A stretch of DNA of 63,577 bases, filler included, from Licmophora abbreviata (GCA_900291995.1; 8 parts of 8 records of this genome joined end to end with filler, not necessarily neighbours in it); one strand, 5' to 3'; shown: positions 47,016 through 59,731, counted from the whole stretch's first letter. The notes: a model not told the origin generated them from the letters alone. Numbers and translations: made by a program.

Positions 47016-48705
47016 TTACAGGGACTCCACTGGAACACATGCACTGTAAGATTGGCTGCAGCAGCCAGTGCAACATGAACACTCCACTTCGGCAGGAGAA
47101 GCTGGGAGGCCTGGGGTATCTATTGCGAGACAATCAGCCACGAAGTTGTCAATATCCAAGGAGCCAACGCAAATCGGGTCCATGCTCCCTGTAAAATCGT
47201 TCAACTCGAGCTCAATGTTTTCTTTCATAGCCAAGACGCAACAGAACATAATGTGAGTGCCATAAGATTTGAGCAAGACAAGCACGAAATGGAGCACCTC
47301 ACAGCTAACTCACTTAAAGACACCATTCCACTGAGTTCTGTCGGAATAGTCGCATTGAGAAAGTTTTCACTCAGCGTCAGGGTAGAAACGGTCGCAAGCT
47401 TTCCCATGGAGGATGGCAAGGGCCCGGTGAGTTCATTCCTCGACGCTGAGAAGAAACTCAATTGGGAGAGCCCACCAATGGACGATGGAATGCTTGAGCC
47501 CATGCGATTATCTTGCAACGCAAGCCACGTCAAACTGGTAAGCAGGCCAATTTCGGATGGAATTGCACCAGAAAGTTGATTTTGAAACAAAATCAAAACT
47601 GTCAGATCCAGCTGAGCAAGAGAGGACGGAAATGTGCCCGTAATATCGTTCTGTGCCATCGATAGCATGACGAGGCGGGGCAGACCAGCTAGTTCGTCAG
47701 GAAGTTGACCTTCGAGCTGATTTATTGCTGGGGAGTTATCAAACAGTGTAGACGTCAATAGGTGGGCGCAAGTATGAACCGGGGCTGCCGTACAATCGGT
47801 ACTACTGTACTTACAAAGTTGCAACGTAGTCGCCTGTCCCATGTCGTCACAAAGGATGCCAAACGTTTCGCCAAGACTTGTGTCGATCTCGTTCCACGTG
47901 CACTCATCTGTATCACTTAAAAACTGGAACGGGCGGTTCCAGTTTGTTCCATTCATGGCAAAGTAGACCGTCGCAGCAGCATATCGCTGCAACAGCTTGA
48001 CCGAATCGCCAAAGTCCAGGCTGAAGCCATCGTCGTTCAAGAGCCAGCTCACAGCGGCACTCTGCGGTGTCGATGGGTCTGTTAAGACCGAGATGGGTGT
48101 GAGTTCAGTGAGCGTCTCTGCAACGAGACCAAAATCGTTAATGGTCGGCACTGCACTGGGTGCTAGCGAAGGAGCTGCCGACGGCGCCTCTGGTGTTTCG
48201 GAGGATCCACCCGCAACGATGCCCCCTACGACGCCACCTACAATGCATGCAATCACCAATACGACAGCAATCGCCGTCCAAGCTCTATGGCGCTTGATCC
48301 AACCAACAACTCCCTTCTGCAAGGGTTCAGCGCGTCCAAACTGCTTGGGGGAGGCTCCGTAGCTTTCGAGTTCTTCTTCCGTCACTGCATGAGCCTCGGG
48401 GAGGTCGCTGACCGCGCGCCGCGGTGCCGGCGCCGGAGAGGTGTCGTACTCTTCGGGCAAGTCAAGTTCTGCGGAGCTGCTGTTGATGCCGGGTATCGGT
48501 ATGGCTCCAGGCCTGATCAACTGGGTGTTTGGTGGAATAGCGGAAGCGTCATCCGGCTCAAGTGATGAAGGGTTTCTGGGCTGGGGTGATACGGGAGGAG
48601 CCAGCTCAACGGATTCCTTTGTTAGGACAGTCGTCCCTACTTCCTCCGTAGCAGATCGTGAAGTGGGCGGCCTACCCGAAGCGAGCGAGAGCTTCTCGGT
48701 TTGGG
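47016..48705 (-). CDS. Diatom-type single-TM leucine-rich repeat protein (5' partial)
   Basis: PGA motif, TM, PQ.A..WL..D / QRYA cap, 24-aa LRRs, C-terminal ADC...C.CC..C. Introns 47728-47814 and 47222-47313. Confidence 0.88.
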
Positions 48706-48805
48706 NNNNNNNNNNNNNNNNNNNNNNNNNNNNNNNNNNNNNNNNNNNNTTAATTAATTAANNNNNNNNNNNNNNNNNNNNNNNNNNNNNNNNNNNNNNN
48801 NNNNN
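48706..48805. other. Artificial contig linker
   Basis: N44-TTAATTAATTAA-N44. Confidence 0.98.
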
Positions 48806-49183
48806 TATCCATAATCTACTGTAGAAGGAATCGAAAGAGGCTCATGGCTGTCTGGGTGCACTGCGTGTGCTTCGTCGGGATCCGGTAAGGAAGATGATCT
48901 CATTCCGGGGCTAACTCAGACGACGAGTCCCTCGAATCGCAAGCTGAGCAAACACAAAACTCACTACAACGACCGGTAGATTCTTACTTGAGGTACCTAG
49001 TACCCGAGAGCCACTGCTAAATCATCCTATCGTTATACTTCGTTTCTTTTTTGAGTTATTAATCACTGCTTCTCTAGCTCTTACTACGACGACTACGAAC
49101 AAACTATCCGAACTCGTTTATGCGTACACATCATGAACCTGCGGGTACGTTCAGAAACCCTGTCAACCAAGCGTTCCATCTCG

Positions 49184-50413
49184 CTACAGTCGTCTCAAGC
49201 TCTTCTTCTTGCTTTTCTTTTCGCCTTTCGAGCCAAGTGACTTGGTACTGGTGTTACTGATCACACTGTTACTGCGGTTCATTGTTCGCAGTGAGTTGTT
49301 TCGGTCGTGGGGGACCGAGGACGGAACCTCTCCATCAACTGACTTGCCACCGTCGGACTCTTCCCGATTCTCTTCGACTTGCAACACCTGGCTCTGTTTT
49401 CCATTTTCCGAGTCATCTCCTGCCGACGAAGGACGAGGTCGACCATGCACATTCGCCATCAATCTCGCGCGCTTAGCATACTCGTCGTAGCTCTCCATGA
49501 ACAGCTTGCCTGCTTCATCGTTCAAGCTACTCTCTGGGAAGGGAACAATCATCAGGCAGCGGATGATACTCAAGACGTGTGAAAAAGTGGTTTCGGCTGT
49601 CCAGTCCTTCTTGAGAGTATTGACACAAATTGCACCCGTCGAAGTGTCAACGTTTGGGTGATAGATCTTGGTAAGAAAGTGTCCACGAGGTGGTGATGCT
49701 GGGAAATCAGCAGACAGCACGAGTTTCAATTGAAAGTACTTCGACTCGTAAGGAGTGTCAGTCGGGCCTTCGATCTCAGCCTGGTGATCGAAAGAGTTGT
49801 GGAACAAGACAAAAAGCGTTGGATGAGAAATGAACCACGAGTGGTCGATCGAACGAGCAGAAATTGGCTCTCCACTGACGATACTCAAGCACAATCGAAT
49901 CTCTTCCCGGGCAGTAGGGAAAGGCTCATCATCAACAACGGCACGAACAAGTCACGCCTCGACTGGCAAACCGGGAAGAAGATTTTTCGGTGATTTGGGG
50001 TTCGGTCTATCAGAAAAGTGTCCGGATTTACTTAATGAAACTATCGCCGATCCATAAGCACATGTAACCGTAACAGTTGAAAATGGTCGATTGACGTTTT
50101 GCAAATGTCGTTGCTCAACTGACTGCTCAACCGGCCCCCGCCTTTGTTGCACCATGAGCGGACTCGACTCGACTTGGACGAAAGTCATCTCTCTTAATCT
50201 CGCACTCACCACAACTTCTCCAAGACTCGCAGGAACCCCCGTCTCGGAATCAACGACGAGTCGAACACCTTCTGGAGGGTTCTTGTGCAAATCGCGGATC
50301 TCACGACCTACTCTCGCTAGAGTGCGCGGCGGCAAATTCTCGCTGCTGCTAGCGCCGCGTTGTGAGTAGGAACGATACATGGAACCTCTACCAGGACGTG
50401 CAGAAGAGGACAT
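49184..50413 (-). CDS. UBE2S: Ubiquitin-conjugating enzyme E2 S
   Basis: ENLPP...PPEGV, TKIYHPNV...GAICVNTLKKDW, PESSLN.EAG and basic tail KKKSLRRL. Exons 50210-50413 and 49184-49780. Confidence 0.92.
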
Positions 50414-50855
50414 GGGAGGAAGGAAGTGTCAATGGAAACAAACGACTGCAACAACGGCAACAAGCAAGATTGGACACGTCGATGTGTGTGACTCTCGCTG
50501 ATGAGAGAATGTCGACTTGCGAGAGCGACCAAAACTGACCACATTTCAACGGAAATTCAACCGTTCTCTCCAAAGCGGAGAGACCACCATGAAAGATTCC
50601 TGATTCCAGATTCGTGTCGGAAGGAGCAATGGGCCTTTCCAATGATAGAGGTTGCACGCGCGCTTGCGTAGAGGCCGGCGCGATGATGAATCTCCAAAAT
50701 CTATCGAAAACTGTAAGTCTTTTTCTCATCGCCGGTCATCTCGCGCGCGGGAAACCGGCGTCATCAGTCACGTCGTTTCACGGATCACACGACGCTTGGC
50801 ACTCCTCTTGCTGCTGTTCATCTTGGGGTTGATCGCACGCTGATATATATGAACC

Positions 50856-52334
50856 ATGGGGGCCAAAGATAGTGCTTTGTAAGTAGAATAGCAGATCCTA
50901 TGCTTCGGTGGCTATGCAAAGAGTCGCAACAAGACGAATCTCGAGCAATGCGGTCAGAACATGGCCTGCTCGTATGATAACGTCGTCGATGCCGACTTGC
51001 GGGGCACTCCGTCTACTCCGCTTTTCTGATTCATCTTTGTTTTCCTCTCGTCTCCCCCCGCTCACCTCATTACGTCCTTTCTTGTTATAATTCCTGTATT
51101 TCGATTCGACCTGTTGCCTTTTTCCGACCACGTACAACAACGATATCACACACTGACGGCTACTCCACTCGGTGACCATTGCGATGCCTCGTCTCTGCTT
51201 CTCTCACCCCCTTCTTTGTACAGCCTTTGGCTTATTGTATGGACAATCAACAATGTCGGTATAACGCTGCTAAACAAGGCTGCCTTCTCCAAGGTCGACT
51301 TCAAATACCCCTTCTTTCTGAGTTTTCTTCACATGGCCTGTAATTCTCTTGGTTCTCAACTTGTATTTAGTAGTATTGCTCGCGATAACAAGAGACTGAA
51401 GGAAAACGTGAATGCATCACCTGGGCTGCTACAGCAGTGGCTTGGAAAGATTGCTCGCAAGGAACTCGATGGACGAGGGCGAAGACTCATTCTCAGCTTT
51501 AGTGTCATTTTCTCGCTCAATATTGCCATTGGCAATGTCTCCTTGCGGCATGTATCTGTCAATTTCAACCAAGTTATGCGGAGCCTTGTTCCTGCTATTA
51601 CCATTGTTATGGGACTCATGCTGGGAAAGAAGATTAGCGCGAAAAGACAACTTGCGGTGTTGCCAGTTGTGATTGGTGTGGCCATGGCTTGCTTTGGGGA
51701 TATGAGCTACTCTTGGCTAGGGTTTGTCTATACGAATCTGTGTATCTTGTTGGCGGCACTGAAAGTCGTTGCTTCTGGAGAGATGCTAACGGGAACATTG
51801 AAGCTTCACCCGGTCGACCTTCTGGGGCACATGGCGCCGCTGGCGCTTGTGCAGTGTCTCGGATTGGCGTTCCTGACTGGAGAGGTGACCAGCATTGCGT
51901 CCCGATGGGACACGGAACTCAGTCCCGCGATCGACCCGTATCCCATGACGGTGGTACTATTGAGTGGTATTTTCAGCTTCTCTCTCAATATTTGCAGTCT
52001 CATGGCCAATAAGCTTACATCGCCCCTCACACTGTGTATTGCGGCCAATGTCAAGCAAGTTTTGATGATTGCGATTGGAACCATTCTGTTCGAAACAGAA
52101 GTGACGCCTCTGAACGGCATGGGGATCGTGGTCGTACTGCTTGGATCCGCCCGATACTCGTACGTATCGGTAACTGAAAAGACCAAGTCCTTGAAACACG
52201 AACCAGCGGCTGACCCCGTGGATGAAGAAGAGGGTGTCGTGAAGAAAGCAGAGGAAGCGGTCGAGCTTCTGAGTACCAACAGAAACGCGAACAACAGCTC
52301 CAAGGACATGTTGCATCTTACAAACACACGATAG
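50856..52334 (+). CDS. Triose-phosphate/nucleotide-sugar transporter family (DMT) protein
   Basis: LLNK...FKYP.FL...[14 protein letters not shown] and TSPLT...ANVK motifs. Micro-exon 50856-50878 spliced to 51224 gives MGAKDSAFLWLIVW. Confidence 0.88.
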
Positions 52335-52513
52335 AGTGTAGGTAAGAGAGTAATAGCGGTAAAAAGCGAAGCTTTTGTTTACCAGTTGGGTCCTAGGTCT
52401 CGTCCTGGCACCCTACTGCCTGCTAGCTACGCTACGTTGGAACGGTAAACTAGTGGGCACGATGATCTACGTGCTACTCCAAGCTGTGTCATATCTACCG
52501 TCTCCCAGGTACA

Positions 52514-53328
52514 CTATCCAGCAAAGGTTCGACGGCTCCATCCCACATTGGCCCTTGGTACGTCAAAAAAGTTGATGTAAATGCGACTTTCCGCAACGCC
52601 TGATGGGAGGGGGGGGGGGGAGTTCATGAGAGACAGCTTGCTTGGCAATAAGAAATGCCTTCCGGTGTACAAGCTGCAGCAGCCCAAACATACCAAAGGG
52701 CTCCAAGAGATCCGTAACATCAGCTGTGATGGCTCCGTTACTCTCTTGACCAATAGCACCGATACTGTAGAGGCATCCCAAAGCGGTCGGGTCGTCAGAT
52801 CCTCCGAAAATCACGCTTGCATTGTCGGTAATGGAGACGGCTGTCGAGTTCAGGGCGAGGCGACATGAGACGACGGTTGTACAGTCAGTACCAACCACCC
52901 TAATAAATAAATCCTTTTCATTGCTTCATACGCACCGACATAGCTCTCAGGCTTGCCCGTATGCTTGCTTACGGCCTTGGAACAAGCTGTGACAAGTATG
53001 GTTCAAAACAATGTGGTGAGGGTCAGTCAGGCCTGTAGAAAGCGAGAATCAATCCCTCTAAACTTTTCTTTGTCCACCCTTTTATACCTTTCATAATGTC
53101 CATTTTCTTGTCTCCTAAATCCACGTTTGTAGTAAGCAAGAGACTTGGATCGCCGGGGAGAGAGCAGTACGGATGCGGCGTCGCATCTGTGACGGGAGCG
53201 TTCGGTCCACCCATCATTTGGCGCATCGATCGAGTCGTAAAAGTACTAGGCGGCGATAGAAAGGATTCTATCAACGTCGCAAAGAACAGCGAGGAGAGCA
53301 ATAGCAGCGGCGTCGAGGAGACCTTCAT
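52514..53328 (-). CDS. MIF/tautomerase family protein with an N-terminal targeting peptide (4 exons)
   Basis: Exons 53088-53328, 52936-52986, 52694-52840 and 52514-52599 give PSLLLTTNV...GKPESYV...FGGSDDPTA...SIG...RIYINFFD...NVGW...TF, the MIF signatures. Confidence 0.88.
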
Positions 53329-53571
53329 GTCGATCGTGATGTGCGTCACAATCACCTTTCGGTTTGTGTTTGAAAAAGAAGATCCAACTTTCAACTCTTT
53401 GGTGTCATCATCGTCTGTTATTAGTTATTAGCACTGTGTCTTGTGCAGCTACAAAATTCGTAGAACTGACCAAAATGACACTCAAAACTCCTAAGTTTCC
53501 AAAAGTCAACAATTTCGGGCGTTTCGGAAGGCGCGCCAAAAAATCGTGTCCAAACTCGAACGGCATTGCAG

Positions 53572-54048
53572 ATGACACTTACTCCTCTCTCGACTGCGGC
53601 CCTCATCACCATGCCGTCTTCTTTTCCTCCTTCGTCGTCAGCCTGCCATTGGCTTCCATGCCGCATTCACTTCGATGGAATGGCTCCCGTGCACATGTAC
53701 TTTCAGCCCGCCACGGTAGAAAGAGCAGATGCAGCCAGCACTGCTACTACTAATACTACGGACGTACAAGCCGCCCAGTTTCGAGGACGCGGTCTAGTCT
53801 GTGCCGGACCTACCGACCTTTCCCCTCACAACCTGCAAGGCGTTGTCTTGCATGCTTCGAGTAGCAATAAGCTGCAAGTCCAAGAATCTTTTACGAGTGT
53901 CCACGAGTGGAAGCACGAGCATGATCCGAAACGAGCCGTGAGGGAACACCACGCGGCGCGCGACGGCGCATCGTTGGTACAGCACGCCGCACAGTGGTGC
54001 CCCGTGGCTCATGCTGTGCATGACGCAATTCCGGCGCCAACAGAATAG
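53572..54048 (+). CDS. RNASEH2C: Ribonuclease H2 subunit C
   Basis: HWLPCRI.FDG.APV..YF, A.FRGR.L and W..VA.AVH motifs. Confidence 0.8.
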   Translation: MTLTPLSTAALITMPSSFPPSSSACHWLPCRIHFDGMAPVHMYFQPATVERADAASTATTNTTDVQAAQFRGRGLVCAGPTDLSPHNLQGVVLHASSSNKLQVQESFTSVHEWKHEHDPKRAVREHHAARDGASLVQHAAQWCPVAHAVHDAIPAPTE

Positions 54049-54245
54049 TTCACAAATTGGCGAGTCTACGTGGAGTGGTACGGCTGCTGCGTGCCAATTT
54101 GATGCAAGGAAAGCTGTCTAGAGAGTAGCACACTAACATCGTCGTAATACACGAGGTAGTAGACACTGAAGATACTTACTACTCCGTAGCATGTAGCCAC
54201 ACTCTTACATATTAAATTGCCTTTCTTTTTGACCAGCTCTCCTTT

Positions 54246-56447
54246 TTATGATTCAAAGCACTGTGAACAGCAATCACATTCGATTTCGGGTGACGTCCCT
54301 CCACAATCAGCCCAGATACTAGTCCCCAGACTGCACACCTGTGCAGACACTGTCCCGGTCAAACTGTTGCCTTCGATACGCAACACTTCCAGGTTCGTCA
54401 ATCGGGCAAACGTTGCTGGAATCGTCGACGTCAGGATGTTGTTTTGCAGCAACAAAGTTTCCATGGCCAGCAAGTTTCCAAACAGAATCGGAATTTCACC
54501 AAAGATGAGATTGTCGTGCGCTTGGAAGGTGGTGCACTTGGAGAGCAGTCCGAGCTCACGCGGTAAAGTGCCGCTCAAGTTGTTGACCTCCAAGAATAGC
54601 AGCACCAGATCTGTCAACAAACCAAGCTCACTCGGAATCTGACCGTCTAGTTCGTTTGAGAAGAGGTCCAGAGTATTCAAACGAGTCAATCGTCCTAGTT
54701 CCGTGGGTATATCGTCCACAAACGAGTTCTTGTATAGTCCCAGAGTAGTCAAACGTCCCAGGTCGCCCAATTGTGACGGAATGGATCCTCTCAAAGAGTT
54801 TTCGGATAACTCCAGCAGCTCCATATTCGTGTTGCCCAGTTCGACTGGCAGTGTTCCAGTCAAACGATTGTCATTTCCCAAAAGCTCTTGAAGACTCCGC
54901 AATCTTCCCGTTCTGAAAAAAGACAGATCTCCGACAAAACTGTTGTTGTAGAAACTCAGTTCCGACAGCGACGCCACTTGGCCTAGTGTCCTGGGGAGCG
55001 ATCCCACGAGCTGATTTCGATGGACTCGGAGAGTTTCAAGATTCGGAAAATCAGCAAAGGCTTCCGGCAGAATGCCGGAAAGGCGGTTGTTAGATAGATC
55101 CAGCTGGACCGCTCCCGCGAGAACACTTATCTCGGGTGGTATGACGCCTGAAAGCTGGTTATTTGCAAGGTTCAGTCCCTGTATTCGTCGATAACCGGTT
55201 TCATCAGCAAAGGTCTGGCTGATACAGCTCACACCGACCCAGTCACACTCGGTTCCGTCGTGTTCGAGCCATCCTGCGTCGTCAAGCCACTGGCCGCCGA
55301 GAGTGCTGACATACAACGTTACTAGAGCGAACCGCTGCAAAAGCTGATCGTCATTCCCTGTCACAGACCAACTATTGGACTCCACGTCATCAGCCAACCA
55401 CAGCAGCGACTGGTGCTGCGGACTGTTGGTATTCTGAAGGGCTGCAGCTGTCGAAGAGCCAATCGCAGAAGTCAAAACTTCAAGATCGGCGACTAGATCA
55501 TCGACTGTCGGTGACGAGGCGGGAGGATTGGTGACTGCTGTTGGGGTTGTGGGTGACGGAGGAGGAGTGCCAACGCCACTGTCCGAAGGAGGTGGCGAAG
55601 CCGGTTCTTCGCTCCCGCCTCCGCCACCGCCTGAAAGGGCCACGACAACCCCCGCCACTACTCCCACAAGTACCAACACGCCCAGACCACCCAACACAAT
55701 GAGGCGTTTGCTTGCACTCCACTGCGGCCTAACCGGGCGAGATTTCTTTGCGCCTTCCATGATCGAGCCATTGCTAGACCTGGGAGGAGTGGGTGGTAGT
55801 GTTGGTGGAGTACGGGATGACGTAGATCTCGGTGGAGTTCCTCTCGACGAGCTCTTCTTCTTGTTGGATCTCGTCCTCCCCGATGAATCGAGCTGCTCCG
55901 ACCCTTCTCCTTCAAGAACGAGATTGATACTCGCAGGTGGTACAAAGCTCCGGCTTTGCTCTTCGATCGGGACTCTAGCATGAGCAGCGAGCCCATCTGC
56001 TCTATCTGAGTCTTCCTGAATGCTCATGAGTCTGGCGCCAAGTTTCGAAGAGTCCTTCTTTCTTCCTGCGGATTTTCCAATCTGTCTCTCTATGTCCCTT
56101 GCCAGCGGATCATCTGGTGCCAAGACTGGATCTCGCGATTTGATACTAACGTTGCTTACTCTTGACGTATAGGACTCATGCGTGGACTGACTTGAAGTCG
56201 TCTTGTGAGTCACTGTCGAGGAGCGACTTGCGGTCGATCGTGCCGAAATGACCGAATCGCCAGCTACACTGTCGGACGATGAAGGTGTCTTCTTCTTTTT
56301 CCTTTTCTTCTTCTTTGTCGAGTCTGATGGTGTGGGCGTCTTGTAGGCATTGGGTAAGACATAAGCTAGTCCGCCACTCGAAATGGAGTCGCTGTCCTCT
56401 AAGCGTCTATGCTTGCCATTGCTCTTTGAAGAGTGATGTTTGACCAT
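54246..56447 (-). CDS. Diatom-type single-TM LRR protein, intronless
   Basis: Basic/Ser-rich N-terminus, TM, Pro-rich linker, SPQ..SL.WL..D / QRFAL cap, about 11 LRRs, ADC....IECDCCSQCF end. Confidence 0.9.
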   Translation of the reverse strand: MVKHHSSKSNGKHRRLEDSDSISSGGLAYVLPNAYKTPTPSDSTKKKKRKKKKTPSSSDSVAGDSVISARSTASRSSTVTHKTTSSQSTHESYTSRVSNVSIKSRDPVLAPDDPLARDIERQIGKSAGRKKDSSKLGARLMSIQEDSDRADGLAAHARVPIEEQSRSFVPPASINLVLEGEGSEQLDSSGRTRSNKKKSSSRGTPPRSTSSRTPPTLPPTPPRSSNGSIMEGAKKSRPVRPQWSASKRLIVLGGLGVLVLVGVVAGVVVALSGGGGGGSEEPASPPPSDSGVGTPPPSPTTPTAVTNPPASSPTVDDLVADLEVLTSAIGSSTAAALQNTNSPQHQSLLWLADDVESNSWSVTGNDDQLLQRFALVTLYVSTLGGQWLDDAGWLEHDGTECDWVGVSCISQTFADETGYRRIQGLNLANNQLSGVIPPEISVLAGAVQLDLSNNRLSGILPEAFADFPNLETLRVHRNQLVGSLPRTLGQVASLSELSFYNNSFVGDLSFFRTGRLRSLQELLGNDNRLTGTLPVELGNTNMELLELSENSLRGSIPSQLGDLGRLTTLGLYKNSFVDDIPTELGRLTRLNTLDLFSNELDGQIPSELGLLTDLVLLFLEVNNLSGTLPRELGLLSKCTTFQAHDNLIFGEIPILFGNLLAMETLLLQNNILTSTIPATFARLTNLEVLRIEGNSLTGTVSAQVCSLGTSIWADCGGTSPEIECDCCSQCFES

Positions 56448-56852
56448 TTCAAACTCGAACGTCGAACCAGGAAATACTACGCGTCTTCAACTTTCTAACG
56501 ATGATGGTGTCACCTCCTTATCTCCTGGTTGGCCTGCACCTCCATTCAATGGTTGTGGTCTTTTCACAAAGAGATTTGGGGGCTCGACTCTTTCTACCGG
56601 TGTTTGTAGGCGCTCAAAGTGCTCTCTTGAGACTCCTCCCTGTATTTCGTTCACGAGTATCTGTGGCGCTTCGGATGATGACGGCAGTCGTGCGACGTGA
56701 AGCGCGACCCTTGAAAAATGTCAAGATCTCTAATGAAGCCCCCATAAATCTAAAATATCGGCGTGACTGGCTATAATTAGAAATATTTACATATTTAGTA
56801 AGTGTTCATTTTTGTATTTAATTAAATGTGCTGTACACATTCGAGCAGATTA

Positions 56853-56952
56853 NNNNNNNNNNNNNNNNNNNNNNNNNNNNNNNNNNNNNNNNNNNNTTAA
56901 TTAATTAANNNNNNNNNNNNNNNNNNNNNNNNNNNNNNNNNNNNNNNNNNNN
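56853..56952. other. Artificial contig linker
   Basis: N44-TTAATTAATTAA-N44. Confidence 0.98.
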
Positions 56953-57151
56953 GCGCGCGCGACATGGAGCTATAAATAAATTTTCTTTATCGATGAGTAT
57001 TGAATAGTTTCATTCGTTGGTCGTTCGTTTCACATCGACAAATTCAAAAACAGGTTCGTTCTCACATTGGACCAGATCACAGGCCAGCATTGCACATCAC
57101 GTCCACACTACTGCTCCCTGACCTGTTATTGCAACGGAGAAAACAGACATC

Positions 57152-59499
57152 ATGTCGTGCTTCGACGATCTATGTGGCGATCAGCCCTTATCCAAGACCG
57201 AGAAAGCAAGCGCGGATCACAATGAGGACGTTCTGGTCGAGCCAACACTCTCCGTTGGCGCCGTATCCGTGGGCGGGCACTCCTCGAATGTTGCAAGTCT
57301 AATCTCGCATACAAGCACACAATCTCATGCGAGTCCCAGATTGCATGCAAGCCCCAAATCGCTTGCAAGTTCACAATCGGTCGGGCTCAACTCCCCTGGA
57401 AAAAACTACGTCTACTCTCCGCAAGCATCAGAAGCTTACGACGGGTCAACGGAGTCGTTCACTAGCGACGGCAGTGTCCATCGTCGTCGCCGAAGGAATT
57501 TGGGATTGTGTGCAATCGTTATTGTGTTAGTGGCTGTCGCTGCCATTGTCCTCGGTACCACGCTCTCCAGGGACGACAATTCTGGCTCGGTGGACGGGGC
57601 AAGGGGGGGTCCTGGTCCCGACACGGAGCCAAAGTCGCCGAAGGAACCACCGGCTCTTGCGACGGAAGTGCCGTCCGTGGCTCCTTCCATGCTTGCGTCG
57701 TCCATGCCCTCCTCCGGTCCCTCACAGATTCCTATTGATCCCAATAGCGCATCGGCGCAGCTCGTCATTTCAACTTTTGGCTACGATGGTACAGAGTTTG
57801 ATAACTCGAAGAGCTACCAATCGGAAGCGCTACGTTGGCTCGAGGGCAATGCAGCTTTTTCCGCGTACACTAACGCTGTCAAGTTGCAGCGGTATGTACT
57901 GGCTTGCATTTTCTATAGCACGTTCAATGTCCCAACCGAAGCCATGGCCGATGTCGGACCGTGGGTTAACGCTGCGTGGTGGTTGTCGGATGCCAACGAG
58001 TGCTCTTGGACTGGCATTACCTGCTCCGAAGGAACCGCAGTTGCCTACATTCAATTGGTGAGTATTTTTTTTGCGTTGTTGGGTGTCAACTGAAGTGCCC
58101 CTACCGGTGTATCACTAATGCGTTTACGACTCGTGGTACGTTATCATCCCAGGCCGACAACGGTTTGTCTGGGTCGTTTCCGAGGGAAGTGACTTTCTTC
58201 AAAGACAGCCTCGAGGTTCTGGATATTGGGAAGAACAATGTTTGGAATTCTGGCTCGGAGGGGAATGGGTGGCTGGGCGAATTGACGTCGCTTCGTAAGT
58301 CATGTGACGAACCTGTTTGTAAACGTTGTTGAGCAATGTGGCCCACAGCTAACCAACCACTGCTGCGCCTTGTTCATTCCGTAGTACTTCTGAATATTCA
58401 CGAGACTCTCTTTGAGAACGACGGTATTCCTACAGAGCTGGGTCTGTTGACCAGCCTTCTTTTCCTGGATTGCCACAACACACTTTACGATGGATCTCTT
58501 GACGACGACATGTGGAAAGACATGGAACGACTCAGTAAGTGTGACTCATAGCGGGTTTCTCTGTAGGATGTGGTAGGCGTTCTCTCATTGACTTTCCCCT
58601 TTCCTCCTGAAAGTATATCTTGATATTGGCGGAAACTCGTACAACAGCGGCATTCCTACAACTATGACGGCGATGATGAACTTGGGTATGTGCGATATTA
58701 ACACCACAGGGAGCACACAATCTGACCTGCATCGCTCACATTCCTCCTTTATTGGTGTTTGTCAATTGCTCTCATTACACAGAGTTCCTGTTCCTCTACG
58801 AAGCTGACTTGAGCGGTAGCCTGGACTTTCTAGAGACTTTCGCCAAGCTAGAGACTGTGTCGCTCGATGGCAATCCCAATCTCGTCGGGACCATTCCCTC
58901 TGGTATCAAGGCCAGCACACTGAGTAAGTACGATTCTCAAATACGTAAAATACGACAGCATGATGCCCCTTGCTCACACGTTTTCGTTTCATCAGAGAGC
59001 ATGTCCTTCGCCAACTGTGGTTTAACGGGTGGTCTTCCCAGTGAGCTCGCCACGCTCGGAAAAATGGGTACGTTGAACGTAATGTCGAAATCTTTGCGTG
59101 TTGAGACTCGCATTCATTGATCAGTGTCTAACACTTTGCTGGCTATATTGTACCTGGTCCACAGAAACCTTTTTGGTTTCCAACAATCAACTGACGGGTC
59201 CTGTCCCTGTGGAGTACGGGACTGGTTGGCCCAATTTGAGTAAGTCCCCTTGGTCTACCTGGATAGCAATGATGGTTGAAGGTTCCTTTTCTCCTGGGTT
59301 CGAAACTACTCAGAACAGGTTTCTCACAATCCTGTATTTCCTTATCTACACTACAGGTTCGCTCGAACTCGACCAAAATGAGCTTACTGGCGCCATGCCG
59401 GCGTCAATTTGTGCCTCAGTCGCACCACAGGGACCCTTGGGGTCACTCACGGCAGACTGTGACGAAGTGGCCTGCCCCTGCTGCACGGAATGCTTTTGA
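57152..59499 (+). CDS. Diatom-type single-TM LRR protein, 8 exons
   Basis: Exons 57152-58057, 58153-58294, 58385-58534, 58614-58685, 58783-58923, 58996-59067, 59165-59239 and 59357-59499 splice in frame; ends ADCDEVACPCCTECF. Confidence 0.88.
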
Positions 59500-59731
59500 T
59501 TCAATGTCATCGCATTTATATATTCAATATCAAGAGAAACGAAAGCATAGCTTCCATTGTGGGAGAAGTTAGCTGCACTGCGGAAGCTAAAAGAAGATCA
59601 CAGTCGATCTGGTATAGTGAGGAACCTTAATTGTGAAATCTAGCCTATTACCAAGTAGTATCATGCCAGTATTTTAGTATCTCTCAAAAGAAGATATGTA
59701 TACCAGTAGGTAGGGCGTTGGAAGCTACCTG

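Noticed and set aside
49860..50070. U3 snoRNA, RNase P/MRP, SRP RNA or TPP riboswitch in the UBE2S intron
   Set aside because: The conserved boxes (U3 A/C'/D, P4 helix strands, SRP helix 8, TPP core) were not found. Only the hairpin with a K-turn-like motif is reported.
52606..52620. Poly-G run as a G-quadruplex element
   Set aside because: On the transcribed minus strand it is simply the polypyrimidine tract of the last MIF intron.
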